Source of the DNA: Oikopleura dioica
Lineage: Eukaryota > Animalia > Chordata
DNA length: 64,000 bases
Assembly: GCA_907165135.1 (NCBI GenBank)
Contig: OU015568.1
Span: 12,090,001-12,154,000 of the forward strand
Direction of reading: 5' to 3'
Made by a program: the position numbers and the translations under genes. A model generated the notes under the pieces. That model did no database searches. It had not been told where the DNA came from and saw nothing but the letters and a program-made list of their open reading frames with translations. Of this stretch, positions 11,292-24,824 are shown one piece after another (the stretch's first letter is position 1; the number at the start of each line of letters is the position of its first letter).

Positions 11292-11989
11292 ATGGGTGAG
11301 TCATTATTGATCATTATACTGTAGTTAAAATTTATACAAAATCAATTTTGTTGATAGAATCGTTGTCAAATGCTATCTCTAGAACTCAAAAAAAAAATAA
11401 TTCTGAGCTTGAAAAATTTATAAAAAGAGTTTACAAAAATGAGTCTTTCAAAACACAAAATTGGTTAGTAAATCAATTATTGTACTTCTATTTTTATTAA
11501 ATAAATTGAGTGGGGAACATTTTTTAAAACCAATAGTGCGAAATATTTTTGCTGTTTATTTAGTGTTGAAATAAGTTTATTTATCGATTATTTTCAGGTA
11601 TGCAAAAAGGAAACAAAGGACGAAGCTCCCCCTCGCGATCATCTCCGATCAGCTCGGTCGGGTCTGGCTCCGAGTGCGATTCATTCGCCCGCGGCCAAGT
11701 GATGTTTGTCTCGACGCCCCGCAGCCGCAAGTTTTCCTCGCGCTCCGGAACGCCGAACGGGAAAGTCCAGTTCCGGAACCGAGTGAACTCAGCCTCCGAT
11801 TCTGACGGCTCGGCCGAGCGTTTCGCCGGCGCGCGCTTCAACTCACCCCCGAGTCCCGCCGCCGTTCCCCTTCCACCGATGGAGTGGCTCCAGTCCGTCC
11901 AACCCAAACCAACCAAACCTGCTTCTAACGATGAGCTCTGCCAAGCGCTGGCCAACAATCTGAAAGAGATGCTTAACTTCAAGGCGTAA
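11292..11989 (+). CDS. PNRC: Proline-rich nuclear receptor coactivator (PNRC family)
   Basis: ORF 11600..11989 has FAGARFNSPPSPAAVPLPPMEW (PNRC motif YAGAKFSxPPSPxxLPxPPxHW) and C-terminal LKEMLNF. Possible micro first exon ATGG|GTGAGT at 11292. Confidence 0.85.
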
Positions 11990-14407
11990 TCGACGCCTCA
12001 TCAGTTCAACCTTTTACATCCCAACAATTTTCAAACAAAATGCAAACTGTATCGACCCGATGAAAAATCAACCATTGAAGAGTGTCAACCCTCCCAGTCA
12101 ATGTAAGAAATTAATTTATCTCTTCAATTAATTAATTCACTAAGCGTTTCTCTTTGCAAAAATCACGTCGTAGATGATATTGATTTATTCTTTTAGATTT
12201 CACATGTGGACTGGCAGGGCCGCTTTTATTCTTCACCAACTTTTTTCTCATCTTGGATACAACTTTCTTCAAACGAGAGTGTCCCTGTGTTCCAGCAAAA
12301 AATACTTCCTTTGCGTTCAAGTTCACGTCGCGCCTCTCTCACTCTCTATCAAGCCCGCTCACGTGGCTGTGGATCACCGCAAGCCCCTTGACAGTGACCG
12401 CCGCCTGTGATGGGTATGACGATTCGATTCAAGACAAGCAAGTCGACACTAACAGCTTACTCTTCCCCTAACTACCCTTTCGAGAAACTCTCCCCACGCA
12501 CAAAAAGGCAGATGCGTTCAAAATCTTACATTTAAACTCCTCCAAAGTTCCATTGTAAAATCGTCTTTTCTCAAATTTCCATGTAATCATATGTTTCCTA
12601 TAATTCCTAAAACGCAATGTAAGATAAAATTTAATCATCGATACACATTAAAATATCCAGACCTTCGGGTCTAGAGAACCTGCTGCCAATTTTTGCCCGT
12701 TTTTTTCTTACCACTCATCACATGCTGCTAACCTCAAAACTAGCTCGACGGGATCCTGTGACCAGCTGGCCAGAGTCCCGCTCGTCGCGCAACACCCGAG
12801 TTCGAGATCGAACTCTGGAGCCCTGTTCCCAGCCAGTTTTCATGTGTCCAAACCCGCGAACCACAAATTTAATCAAGTGCGAATGCAAATTCACACGTCT
12901 GTGTCGACCCTTGACTCAATGTCGAAGTTTTACTCTTTTTCCGTGCTCTTTGGATCTCCCTCGGAGCTTTTTTCAAAGCTTCGATGCAAATCTTGATTGC
13001 TCGGTAAATTTATATACTGCCCGTTTTCACTAAATCCCTGGGACTTTGTCTACCCACGCGATAGTTTTTCTAGCGCTTGGCTGTACCTAAACCTTTGTAA
13101 CATAAAGCAACGGCTTCAAGTTTAAACAGTGCCTGGGTAAACAAGATTCTAGGGTTTTCTTCCTCCCCCCACCCCGCACCCCGGTCGTGTTGACAAAACG
13201 AGAGTCGACCTAAGACCAACATTGATCCAGGTTAACGCCCCAGCCACGTGCTATTAACAAACAATCACATGTCTCAATGGCGCACACCACGTTTCCTTTT
13301 TTCCTTTTTGTGTATTTCGTTTAAACGAGCTGTGTAACGCTGTGCGCTACGCATTTTTCGTCCGCGATTCAGACATGTCTATTTCATTTCGACCATTATA
13401 TTTGATTTTTTAAATATATTTTAACCAAAAATTGCCCGTGACGCCAAAACAAAACCTGTCAAAAAGTGTTGGTTTTATGTCCACTTTTTCAACGCGTCCA
13501 AAAAAGCCCCCAACCAACTTCACACACGTTTTAAACTGCGATATTTTTTAGCTTCATTTAGCAAAAGTTGTTAGAAAATTCGATTTTCGCCACAAACACT
13601 GACTCACAAGTGAAGCCTGAAAGCCTTGCTATCGCAAGTTGCCCAGTTCTTTTAATTTCTGTCGAGTTAACACAACAACTTCCTCCAGAAAGTAATCCCA
13701 AGACTCTCTGATAAAATCATTTTAAGAGAATATTTTATTTGAGAGTTTTACGACCACTTACCAATTCGAACTTCTTTCTGATGTTCTACCTCTTCCAAAA
13801 ACTACTTTGGCTCTTCAATAAAGAACCTCTGTTCTGGTTCTTAACCTGATCAAATTAATTTATTTATGACGATCTGCTCCTCTGTTCAAGACCATACTCC
13901 ACCTATTACCTTTCATACTCTCCGTTAATTCACAAAAAAAAACTTCAAATTACTTCAAATTCTCCTTTTATAAGCTTTAGGATGCTTATCATTCGACTGA
14001 TATCTAATTTAATTACGACTTTATTATTATACTCTTCCGTTTCTTTTTCCGCTCCCTCAGTTGCCTTGTTAGGATAGAAAATTCAAATTTGGAAAAATGA
14101 AATAAATTATTTGGAAATATTACTCTCAATGGTATTTTTCGCAGTTGGAAAAACACACAAAAAAGCATTCACAAAATTCGTCTTTATTGCAAATGGTCAA
14201 AAATAGACCGTAACGGGTCAATAAATTTGACGATAAAGGACCTCCGAACGGCGCTAACCATATGTTTTCAACGCTTGTTTTCTCCAAACAAAAAGTTAAA
14301 AAGCTAATTTTTTGTTGTTCTAAGCTCTAAATATTGCCAAATAGTCGGAACATGGTATTCAGCTTTATAGCCAGCGCTTTTATAAATTTTATCAGATTTC
14401 GTGCATC

Positions 14408-17400
14408 ATGAAGTCGAAAAGGCTGCTATATTTCTTTTTTCTTGTAGAGATTACAGAAGCACTGGACGAATGTAATGACCCAGCTCTCAATGGATGTAAT
14501 GATCGTGCTCCACATTTTTTAATTTCTTAGTGAGATGTTCTCTTTTAGTATATTTTCTCTTAAAATTTAGCAAATAAGAGCATGTCAAAAGACGGATTTT
14601 CCTGGCAATTCATGCACAGAAAATGATGACACTGTGCCACTTGATTATACCTGCACTTGTGATGAAGTTTCTTTTACCGGTACTGGCTCGATTTTTTGTA
14701 CAGATGTTGATGAGTGTAATCGCTTTCCGTATCCGTGTGGTGACGCAAGTTGTTTTAACACTCTTGGTTCTTACGAATGTGAATGTAGTAATCCTGATAG
14801 AAATGCGCTTATTGGAACATCACCATGGCAGGAGTGTATAAGCATGTGTGAGACAGGAATCCACTACTGCAGTCACGCTGGATGCAACTGTGTTCACGAT
14901 ATTAACGGTCTCACGTTTTCCTGTAATTCTGGATACGAGCTATCTGGTACTTATGATTGCGAAGATATTGATGAATGTCAGACGGGAGATCATGATTGCG
15001 GAAACGATCCTGGCATGACCTGTTATAATAATGTGGGCAGTTTCGATTGCATGTGCGACGGTGGATATGACTACACCGCTAATCCTACGCCAACCTGCAC
15101 TGATCAGAACGAGTGCACCCTTGGAACACATCAGTGCTGCGAAATCGGCTGCGATTGCAACAATATCAGCGGAGGATACACTTGTTCCTGTCAAGCTGGT
15201 TTTGAAACAGACAACACTCTCTACGGATGCAAGGATGTTGATGAATGTGCGACCGGAGTTCATGACTGTGGAACCGATCCTGGAATGAATTGCGTCAATA
15301 ATGTCGGCTCTTTCGATTGCATTTGCGATGAAGAATACAGTAATGCCTACAGTTTTCAAACCGGAAAAACTTGTGTCAACGTTGATGAATGCACTCTTAA
15401 TACTCACAACTGCTGCACTCATGCGGGTTGTTCCGGATGTACTGATACAGATCCGGGATTCACTTGTGCATGTGATGCTGGTTACCAAGGAGACGGAACT
15501 TCTTGCGCTGAAATCGACGAATGTGCGACCGGAGCTCATAACTGCGGAACGGATCCTGGTATGAATTGTGTAAATAATGACGGATCCTTCGATTGTATTT
15601 GCGATGAAGAATACAGTAATGCCTACAGTTTTGTAACCGGAAAAACTTGCGTCAACGTTGATGAATGCACTCTTAATACTCACAACTGCTGCACTCATGC
15701 AGGTTGTTCTGGGTGTACTGATACAGATCCTGGATTTACTTGTGCATGTGATGTTGGTTACCAAGGAGACGGAACTTCTTGCGCTGAAATCGACGAATGT
15801 GCGACCGGAGCTCATAACTGCGGAACGGATCCTGGTATGAATTGTGTAAATAATGACGGATCCTTCGATTGTATTTGCGATGAAGAATACAGTAATGCCT
15901 ACAGTTTTGTAACCGGAAAAACTTGCGTCAACGTTGATGAATGCACTCTTAATACTCACAACTGCTGCACTCATGCAGGTTGTTCTGGGTGTACTGATAC
16001 AGATCCTGGATTTACTTGTGCATGTGATGTTGGTTACCAAGGAGACGGAACTTCTTGCGCTGAAATCGACGAATGTGCGACCGGAGCACATAATTGCGGA
16101 ACGGATCCTGGTATGAATTGTGTCAACAATGACGGATCTTTCGACTGCATTTGCGATGAAGAATATAGTAATGCCTACAGTTTTGTAACCGGAAAAACTT
16201 GTGTCAACGTTGATGAATGCACTCTCAATACTCACAACTGCTGCACTCATGCGGGTTGTTCCGGATGTACTGATACAGATCCGGGATTTACTTGTGCATG
16301 TGATGTTGGTTATCGAGGAGACGGGACCTCTTGCGTTGACATCGACGAGTGTGATGAAGATACAGTAGCTAATCTCTGCGGTGCTGATTCGCTTCTTTCC
16401 TGCATAAATAATATTGGCTCTTATGACTGTAGCTGTCTCGACGGCTATGATATGGTCTTCGATAGTGGCCTCGGTGAAGAAACGTGTGTTCAAGTCGACG
16501 AATGCGTCGATGACAATCTTCACGACTGCGTCACCGGCTTTACGGGAATCTGCACTGATAAGGATCCTAATGTTGATGGTATAAAATTTGAGTGTGGATG
16601 CATTGAAGGTTTTTATGGAAGTGGTTTCGCCAATGGACAGGGTTGCATTCAGGAGCTCGACGAGTGTACAATGGGAACCCACAATTGTGCTGCTGATGCT
16701 GATTGCTTCGACACACAGGCTGCCTTTATTTGTACATGTCACCCTGGTTTTACTGATGATAATCTTGACGGAACAAGTTGCACGAATATTAATGAATGTA
16801 CAGATGGAACTCACAATTGTGCACCTGATGTAGATGGCGGCGTTTGCACTGACAACCCAGGAAGCTTCGAATGCTCTTGTGACAACTCAATTGCTTATGG
16901 AGATGGACTCGCTGCTGGAACTGGGTGTACACTCAAAGTTGACGAATGCGCTGATAACACTCATACTTGCGACGCCAATGCTGCCTGTACGGACACCCAG
17001 GAAGCGTACACATGCACTTGCAACGCTGGATATGACGGTCCTGGATTCATTTGTTACCAAGTCGACGAATGCGCAGAAAAAGGACTTGATATCTTGGGCA
17101 CTGCTGGTGTTCTTGTTGGCACAGAAACCAACTATGCTGATTTCGTTGCCCAGCTTGATACGATGTCAGGAATGGTCAACGGAGTCGTAGGTTCATTCCA
17201 TGGAGCACTTGAAGATCAATTCAATATTGAATCAACATTCACTATTGGAAATACAGGCGGTGCCGAGAAAGTTCTCTTCAGCTTGACTGGTGCGACCAAC
17301 CAGTTTATTCCAGATCTACCAGTCGACACCAGAGACTATTTTATGAGCTTTGAAGTCGTCCAAGACGCCTGCTCCGATCCTGCACAAGATGCGTCGAGTA

Positions 17401-18689
17401 CTTGCACTCTGACCGTAGCTTATGAGACATTCTTGGGTGGATCAGAAAAGAGCGCAACGATACCGTACACTCTCAATAATACTTGTACGGACTATACTGT
17501 GGCGGACGGATGTCCAATGTCAGTCATGATTTTGATCAATCGCCAGGGCATAGCTATTAATGGTACCGTTACTTATTCCATGGTTGTTGATTTGATCACT
17601 CCTGACGGAAACGTCGCCTCAACTGCTTTTGTCGACAATAACGACCACAGAATGACCGAGTTCCGATTCGTCAGAGAAGGTGATTCAGCCGCGCTTATCA
17701 GTTCTTTCTATATTAATCAAGCTGGGTAAGACACATTTTGCTTCCTATTTGTGAAATTTTCCTAGATCTGAAACCAACAACTGCGATGATGACGGTGGAA
17801 TCTGCACAGATACAATAGGCTCTTTTACATGTGATTGTGATCTCAGCACACATTTTGACAACAACAGTGACGAGCCCGGAACCGACTGTGTTGGCCTTGT
17901 CGACGAATGTACTGTTGGTGGACATGATTGCCACCCGACCGGTGGAGTGTGCACCGATTTGGACGATGGTTGGTCCTGCACCTGCGCCACGACACACTTC
18001 GATCTTAATCCTGATGATCCTGGAAAACAGTGTGATCAATTACTACCTTGCGATGCTCGACTTATTGGCGACGTTTTTGATGATTCCGCCCTCAGTCCAC
18101 GGGGCTTTTGGGATTGCAAGTAAATAGAAGTGTAAAGTAAGTCAGCCTTATGTAAAATTTATAGCCGAGGAAGCAAGAAAACAACTTGTAATTATATCTG
18201 CCCTGTTTCTGAAGCAGTCGGTGTTACAGCTTCATGCAAGCACAAAAGCGGGTTGTGGAGAGATCCTACTCGTCCATTGACCTGTAATTTGCCACCAACA
18301 TGCGATCTTGCTGCTCTTGAGACTGAAATCACCGATTTCTTGGGCCGCATCGGATCAAGTCAGTGCTAAATTGATTCAACACAATCTCATGTTTTAAGCT
18401 TATGTTTTCAACGAAAACGACTGGCAGATTGATGGACTTCAGGAGGACAATTTCCTTAGAGGAAGATGGAATTGTGGAAATTCCTTCTTTACCAAGAAGA
18501 TTCAATTCAGCGTTAGAACCAATTTATAAGTGCCACTTCTTTATAAGTATTTAGTGCAACCGAAAAGATGGAGGTACTCGAGCTGTATGGAAATTCAAGG
18601 GTGATCCGAGTGATCATCCAGACGTCTGTCAAGGAATCTTCCGAAGCGAAGGCCTTGAAGTTCGATCGAAATACGTCAAAAAAGCTTGA
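14408..18689 (+). CDS. Secreted calcium-binding EGF-repeat matrix protein (fibrillin/oikosin-like) with non-EGF insert and sushi-like C-terminus
   Basis: Signal peptide MKSKRLLYFFFLVEITEA at 14408; ORF 14634..17729 is mostly cbEGF (D-I/V-D-E-C...N..GSF.C.C); further EGF and Cys-rich exons to the stop at 18687-18689. Confidence 0.88.
15244..16347 (+). repeat. Coding tandem repeat, 276 bp (92 aa, two EGF modules) x about 4
   Basis: Near-identical units; shadow ORFs start at 15658 and 15934, exactly 276 bp apart. Confidence 0.93.
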
Positions 18690-18904
18690 AAAGTCCTTTA
18701 TACTGTTCAAGCCAAGGTAAAAAAAATACAATTATTCGATTTTTCGTTTTTTTATTCAATTTATGAATGAAGGACGATATCGCAAAAATATTTACAATAA
18801 TAAAAAGTGAATAATAAAATGTTCGGAAGAAGTATTTACACTGCTCAATCTGGAAATATAAGATTCTAGGCAAAACTGGATTCGTGGGCGAGCACTGGTT
18901 CTAG

Positions 18905-21900
18905 TCACGATACAAAGCTAGCACCGGAGCTGAGCAGCGTCTGTCCGCTTGAAGTGTAGTCGATGAATCGATGTGGATCACGGTTGAAGTGTTTTCTGTT
19001 TTCGTAACGCGTATTCATCCGATTTTCCGAGTTCAAGGGTCCCCAGTGAGAAGTGGGCTCGCAAGCAGCCTATAAATATTGATAGAAATGAGCGAAACCT
19101 TGAAAATTTATACCTTGATGGATCCTTTTTTGATGATATGATGAACGGCCATTATAGGGATGAAAAGAACAGAAAAGAGGATGAGCCCAATCGCTGGGTA
19201 ATTAGTCCAGCTTGGATAGACGTAGTTTCCAAGACTGCTCACCTTCCAGTTTGCAAGCACAGCGATGAAAACTCCCTAAATACGCACAATAGAAAAATGA
19301 ATATTTGCGAATATTTCTTACAGTAAGAAGGGTTGGCGAAACGAACTTCCAACACACTCGCCAAAACATTCCAATAGGTCGCTTGATCATGATTTGAATA
19401 TCGCTGCAGAAGTTGTCAAGACCGTAGATGTAGCAAATCGAAATCATCTCGACGACGGAAATAACCAAGAGTGCTAGAAATTTTCTTTATATTCAAAAGC
19501 GTAAAAAATCTTACCATAAGATCCTCCAAAGTCATCAAAAAGCGTGAGAATGTAAAGACCACCTCTTGTCGTCATTGGGAGTCCAAGAAGGAAAAGGAAA
19601 ACGCAAAGAACCCCAGTAAATGAAGCTTGTTTTTCTCGAAGCTAGAATCAATGATGAAATCAATTACATAGAAAGACTTCTACCTGTGGAAACGCATCAG
19701 AGCAGCAAGTGATGATTGTGTTCAATGTTGCGAACATAGTTGAAAGACCGAGCATGAGCAACATTGTGAAGAAAAGCACGCTCCAGATGATTGATCCCGC
19801 AGAAATCTTAAGAAATACGTCAGACAATCAGCAGAGCATGAATTTATCAAACCTGTGTAAGTGCTTCTGGATAGGCGATAAAAGCGAGTCCTGGCCCTTG
19901 ACGAGCGACGTCTTCAACTTCCACGCCCATGCTGTGCGCCATGAAGCCAAGATATGAAAAGATCGTTAACCCGGCGAAAATTGATGTTCCTGAGTTGGTC
20001 AGGACGACAATTAGGGTGTCCCTAGAAATTATAATTCATATCAATATATTCCAAGATCATTTTACCGGACAATGTTGTTATGGAAGTCATTGTAGCTGGC
20101 CAGAGTAATTAATCCACCCCAGCTAGCGGAAAGCGAAAAGAAAATTTGAGTAGCCGCATCTTTCCAAACCGACATATCCTTCAATCGTTCCCACTCGGGT
20201 GTCAAAAAGTACTTGATGCCGTTCAAAGAACCCTCTTTTGTGAGACCAACAATAAGCAAAGTTGTGAGGACAACGTAAGGAAAGGTTGATGTCACATAAA
20301 CTGCCTTTCCAGTTGACTGGATTCCTAAAAAAAGCAGGGATAGAGTTCCATTTTCTGTAAAGAAAAGCTAACCTTTTGCTAGGCAAATGAAAAGAATGAT
20401 GTAAGATATCAGGAGGTAGACGACGAGATCTGTCTTTGGGAGTCCAATGTCTTCAATAGAATCCGACATATCCAGGATGTGATTTTCGAAGTATTGCTGA
20501 GACGGAGCTTCCCGATTCGTGTGGTTTAATTGACACATTGATGGAACTAAATGTAACTCATAATACCAAATCTCTCATAACTCAAGTTTATGATTTCCCT
20601 AAATTTATGTGAAATGGTGACTTACCTTCAAGAGTTTTATTCGCTTGTATACTTCTGCATTTATTCAACTTCTCCACATCCATGCATTTTTCATCGTTCC
20701 ACGGATTGTCGCAATTTGCCCAAGGAAGCTCTCCAGTAGTGAAAGACTGAAGCGACTCGAAGAGGTATCGGAGTGTGTAGGAGATGATCACGTTGTAATA
20801 GCATCCGATGATAGTCGAGACGGCGACCATGGCATATCCGATGCCCTTGAAGATGGGGACGCCGTTGAAGGCCTTGATGGGTCCTTGCGAGCAGAATTGT
20901 CCCAGTGCAACTTCAAAGAGGAATATTGGCAAGCCACATATCAGCAAGCATATCAAGTACGGTATCAAAAACGCTCCACCACCGTTTTTGTAAGTCAAAT
21001 ACGGAAATCTCCAAATGTTGCCTAGGCCGACAGCGTAGCCAACCATCGAGAGCATGAACTCGATCTTGTTGCCCCAGCTTTGGCGGCTAGGCAGAGACTA
21101 AAATATCATGTGAGTAAATGATTGAGTTTACGTGTTTTTTTAAAAATATAAATTGAGAGAGCGCGGCGGAAAATCCAGTCTTCTGATCGATTTTGCCCGA
21201 GAGGGAGAGTGTCAGTGCCAGTGCATAAAGGGCCAGACTGGCCATGGTTCTGCTGACATGGCCAGAAATCACTATCTAAGCGCGGGATTAGCTCAAACCA
21301 AGGCGAACCTTGACACTAAATTAATGAAGCCGTTGTATAGGTCAATAGATGTGTCAGTCCTCAATCAAGGTCGGTAGAAATTAATGATAAGGACAAACGT
21401 TCAATTACAATTTCAATCAAAACTTATTTTGTATCCTGGTGGATTATTCTGAGCCCAGTAAATCCCAAGGGATAAAAAAGAAGAGCTCGCTTAAAAATGC
21501 ATAAGAAATTATAATGCTTGGACTGACCCTCCCTCTCGCGAGTTTGAGCTTGTATTTTTTGTTCTGAAAGATTTACGAAATTATTATATTCGCAAATTCT
21601 TACGTTAATTCATTTTTTGAATTGCCTCGATCAAGCGCACGCTTTTTGGAATTACAGATCGATCCGAAAATCGATCGTAAATCCGCTAAGCAACCCCACT
21701 CTAGCAAGTTGGTTGGTGGTACTCTTGGTAAACCAGAGTAGTCATCTCTTCTCTAACTAAGCGTTTCTCTTGGTGTCTCTAGTGGATGTACCTTTTCTGA
21801 TAGACTCTCTTCCGGATCATTGTCGGCAGCGGAAGCCATTCGATTCGGCAGATTGCTGCTTTTTACCTAAAAACGCATTTAGCTTTGGTGAATTTTGCCG

Positions 21901-21975
21901 TTGAGGGAGTTGCGGGGAAGTGGCTGAAAACTCACAATAGAACCGGAAGAATAAGAGTCAAAAGACGAAGATGGC
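18905..21975 (-). CDS. SLC6A5: SLC6 Na/Cl-dependent neurotransmitter transporter, glycine transporter GlyT2-like
   Basis: [30 protein letters not shown]; [32 protein letters not shown] close to GlyT2; C-terminal PTSHWGP..RY; many small GT-AG introns. Orthology to SLC6A5 vs SLC6A9/SLC6A14 needs phylogeny. Confidence 0.85.
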
Positions 21976-22552
21976 ATTGCCAGTCCGTTTTTCAGCCCTT
22001 TCTGCATTTTTGCTCTTTTAGGTTTTATGTTTATTTTCGTCGATTGAAATAAAGAATTCAGAGTTGTGTGCTGTTCTTCGTTTTTCAATACACTGATATA
22101 GAACCAGCGCAGAGCCGCAGCTTTTTTATAGGCGCTCGCACGCCATCCAGTGAATCACTCAGCGAGTAAAGGAATTTTTTTGGGTTTCGGAAATTTCCCC
22201 ATGATGCTATTAGAATTAAGGGCCTATTCAGCTAATGTTTGTTTAGTCATCGCGTCAATTAGTAGCGCCTCACGCGCACAATTAAATAAATAGTTATCAC
22301 ATGACCTCACAAATACACGGAATTCCTATGGAGAATCAAGCTTCGTAATAAAAAAGTGAGCAAGCTATAATAATAAGCGGAAAGTTTTGAAGTCTGCAGA
22401 ATGATAAAAATAAATTCTTCATCGTTGAATGTTCGAATTCTTACCGCTATTCACAGAAAACTACTGATCATGAAGGAATTAACCGATACTTTTAGCGAGT
22501 TCTTAAAAGTCTAGAAACTTCTCTAGACCTTCTGGTAGAAATCGTGTTGACC

Positions 22553-22727
22553 TTACATTGACATAGGGCAGCTACGTTTCATGATCATGCTCAACCCTCG
22601 TTTTCCGCGGTAAAAGCGCGAACCGACAATCTGCCAAAATCAAGCCAAGTAATTTCAGAATCAGAATTACCTGAAGACGCATGGCTTCGACAATTTGACC
22701 CTCTCTCAATGTTCTCTTTTCTTCCAT
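22553..22727 (-). CDS. Putative small spliced ORF (about 44 aa, MEEKRTLREGQIVEAMRLQ|IVGSRFYRGKRGLSMIMKRSCPMSM)
   Basis: TATAAATA about 40 bp upstream of the ATG; canonical in-frame GT-AG intron; no family recognised. Confidence 0.35.
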
Positions 22728-23038
22728 GATTGCAGAAATCTGTCCCTTCCTTCTCTGTGAAACATGTATTTATACAGACGCTTGACGAATGTATAAGGGG
22801 CAATAAAGAGTTAAATTATAAAATGCAATAAACTGCAATTATCTGCGGTTCAATTCAGACACGCGAAAATCAGCACACGAACGCGTGAAAAAAACTTATT
22901 TAGCTGGAATAAATCACGGCCGAGGAATGAAAAAAATTGACATGGAATTTATTGAGTAACTGTAAAACTGTATAAAGGAATAAAAAATGGTACTTTTCAC
23001 ACTGAACGCGTAGTCGTCATCGTTTTTCAATTTCGAAT

Positions 23039-24475
23039 TCAAGAAAAGTCGATATCGCATGGAACGCCTTCCAACATCACTTGTCCATCTTAAAATAATT
23101 ATCGAAGGAACGATCGAGACTTTTTTGAACCTGGACAGCATTTCTGACCGCGGCGAATTTGTTTCAACGCGGGTGCACTTCCGCAACAACCGATGACGTC
23201 GCCCAGCTTCAGAGCGTCCTAAATCCACTTTTTACTGTTGTTCTAGTTTATATGGCCGAAAAATTAGGATCATTAAAAGAAACAGTGCATTCTGATCGAA
23301 TTACTGCTAGTTCTTTTCTGCTTTTTTTCGCTATTTCGTTACTTGGAATGTTTTGCTGACCTTGAAACTGAGACCTTGACCAAGACGGCTATCATCTGAT
23401 GCTTCGACAAAATCATCCTCAAAGAGCCCGACATCAATTCGGGGATCATTGTTGATCGCTTCTTTCTTTCCAGCGCGACACATGTCTGACAAGAACCAAA
23501 ATTAATAATAAAGGCTAGACTTGATCTTCACCTGGGCTGGGATTTTCCCCGAATTCGCGATGGTAGTCAGCATTCCAGACTTTTTCACGACTTGCAATTT
23601 TCTTTGCGAGCTGAAGATCACACTCACATCGATTCCTCTTGCAACTTCCGATCGGGTCCACTGAAAAATAAATAAAAATTGTCCAAAAAATTAATCAGAA
23701 AAGTTCATCTTTGATAAAAGAAACTTACTGCAAAGAAGATATCTCTCCCCATTGTCCAACTTCCCGGTCATCTTGTAAAGCTCCTCGTCGCAGCTTTCTT
23801 GTTTATGAACACAATTGAAGCAAGTCGTGTACTCCTTACAGGCAGCATCAATGCCATCTACTGGCTTTCCATAGCCTACTGTACCTGAGTCCTCTGGCAA
23901 ACACCAACAACCATAATTACAAAATTTAACAAATGAATCTTGGTTTCGAAGGAGGAACATGAGTGCGTACTTTAACTGAATATACCTCGTCATCTGTTGT
24001 CTGGCAGACATGACTGCTTTTGAACCCGTTCGGAAGCCAATTTTTTCTTTATCGAAATTTTTCATTTGAGGATAAAATTTCTTACTGTCGAGAATCTGTG
24101 CTGCGATCATTGTCAATTGCTTATTTCTAAATTCTCCTTGACCCTAAAGGACCTTTTGATTATCCAGTTTTAAATTGAACTTGGCAACGAGCAGCAGATT
24201 ACATGTTTGTATAAAAAACGAAAGCTCAGTAAATAAAATCGGCGCCGAGCGGATTTAAACAATCTCGTCAGATTTCGCGCAAATCGCATTAAAAAATTAT
24301 CATTTGAAAAATTTCCTTCTGGCATGTTTTCCGTGATTTTGCTCCAAGTTTCGGCCCAATCTCCTTCAGTGAAACCCTCAAAGTCCATCTCTTTCTGGAT
24401 CCTTTCGTACGGCTTGAGTTCTGCGCCGAAGCTGACTGTGGCTGACAATAGAGCGAAAGTGTTTGAAAATTTCAT
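23039..24475 (-). CDS. Secreted phospholipase A2-fold protein, predicted catalytically inactive
   Basis: Signal peptide MKFSNTFALLSATVSFGA; NYGCWC...GYGKPVDGIDAACKEYTTCFNC (sPLA2 Ca-loop and active-site helix, HD replaced by YT); C-terminal GCCG..KCCPDG exons. Confidence 0.78.
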
Positions 24476-24824
24476 GGTTTTAATGAACTTGCTTGCTTTA
24501 AAAAATAAAACGTCTCTGATAGTTTATTTCACGGCTTTTTCTATCCAACGATTTAATGACTCTCACAAAGACGATGCTGTGGCCAGTTGATGCTCAAAAT
24601 CGGTCACGCTCAATTTTCACCGATTTCGAGAGTTTGGCGCCAACGAGCTTGCTCGCGGGAAACAGGAACTTGTTACAAGCCTCGTAAAGCAAATTTCGCG
24701 CTGGGTTCTTGAAAAATAAAATTGTCTCGCCACTTGTTCAAATCAATTAGAAGCCTTTTTGTTCAGAATTAGCTAATCTTATTTCCAAATGAATAAGAAA
24801 TTTTGTGTGTTTAAATTTATTACA

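Noticed and set aside
14940-16814. 624 aa antisense ORF
   Set aside because: Shadow of the Cys/Asp/Gly-rich repeated EGF coding sequence.
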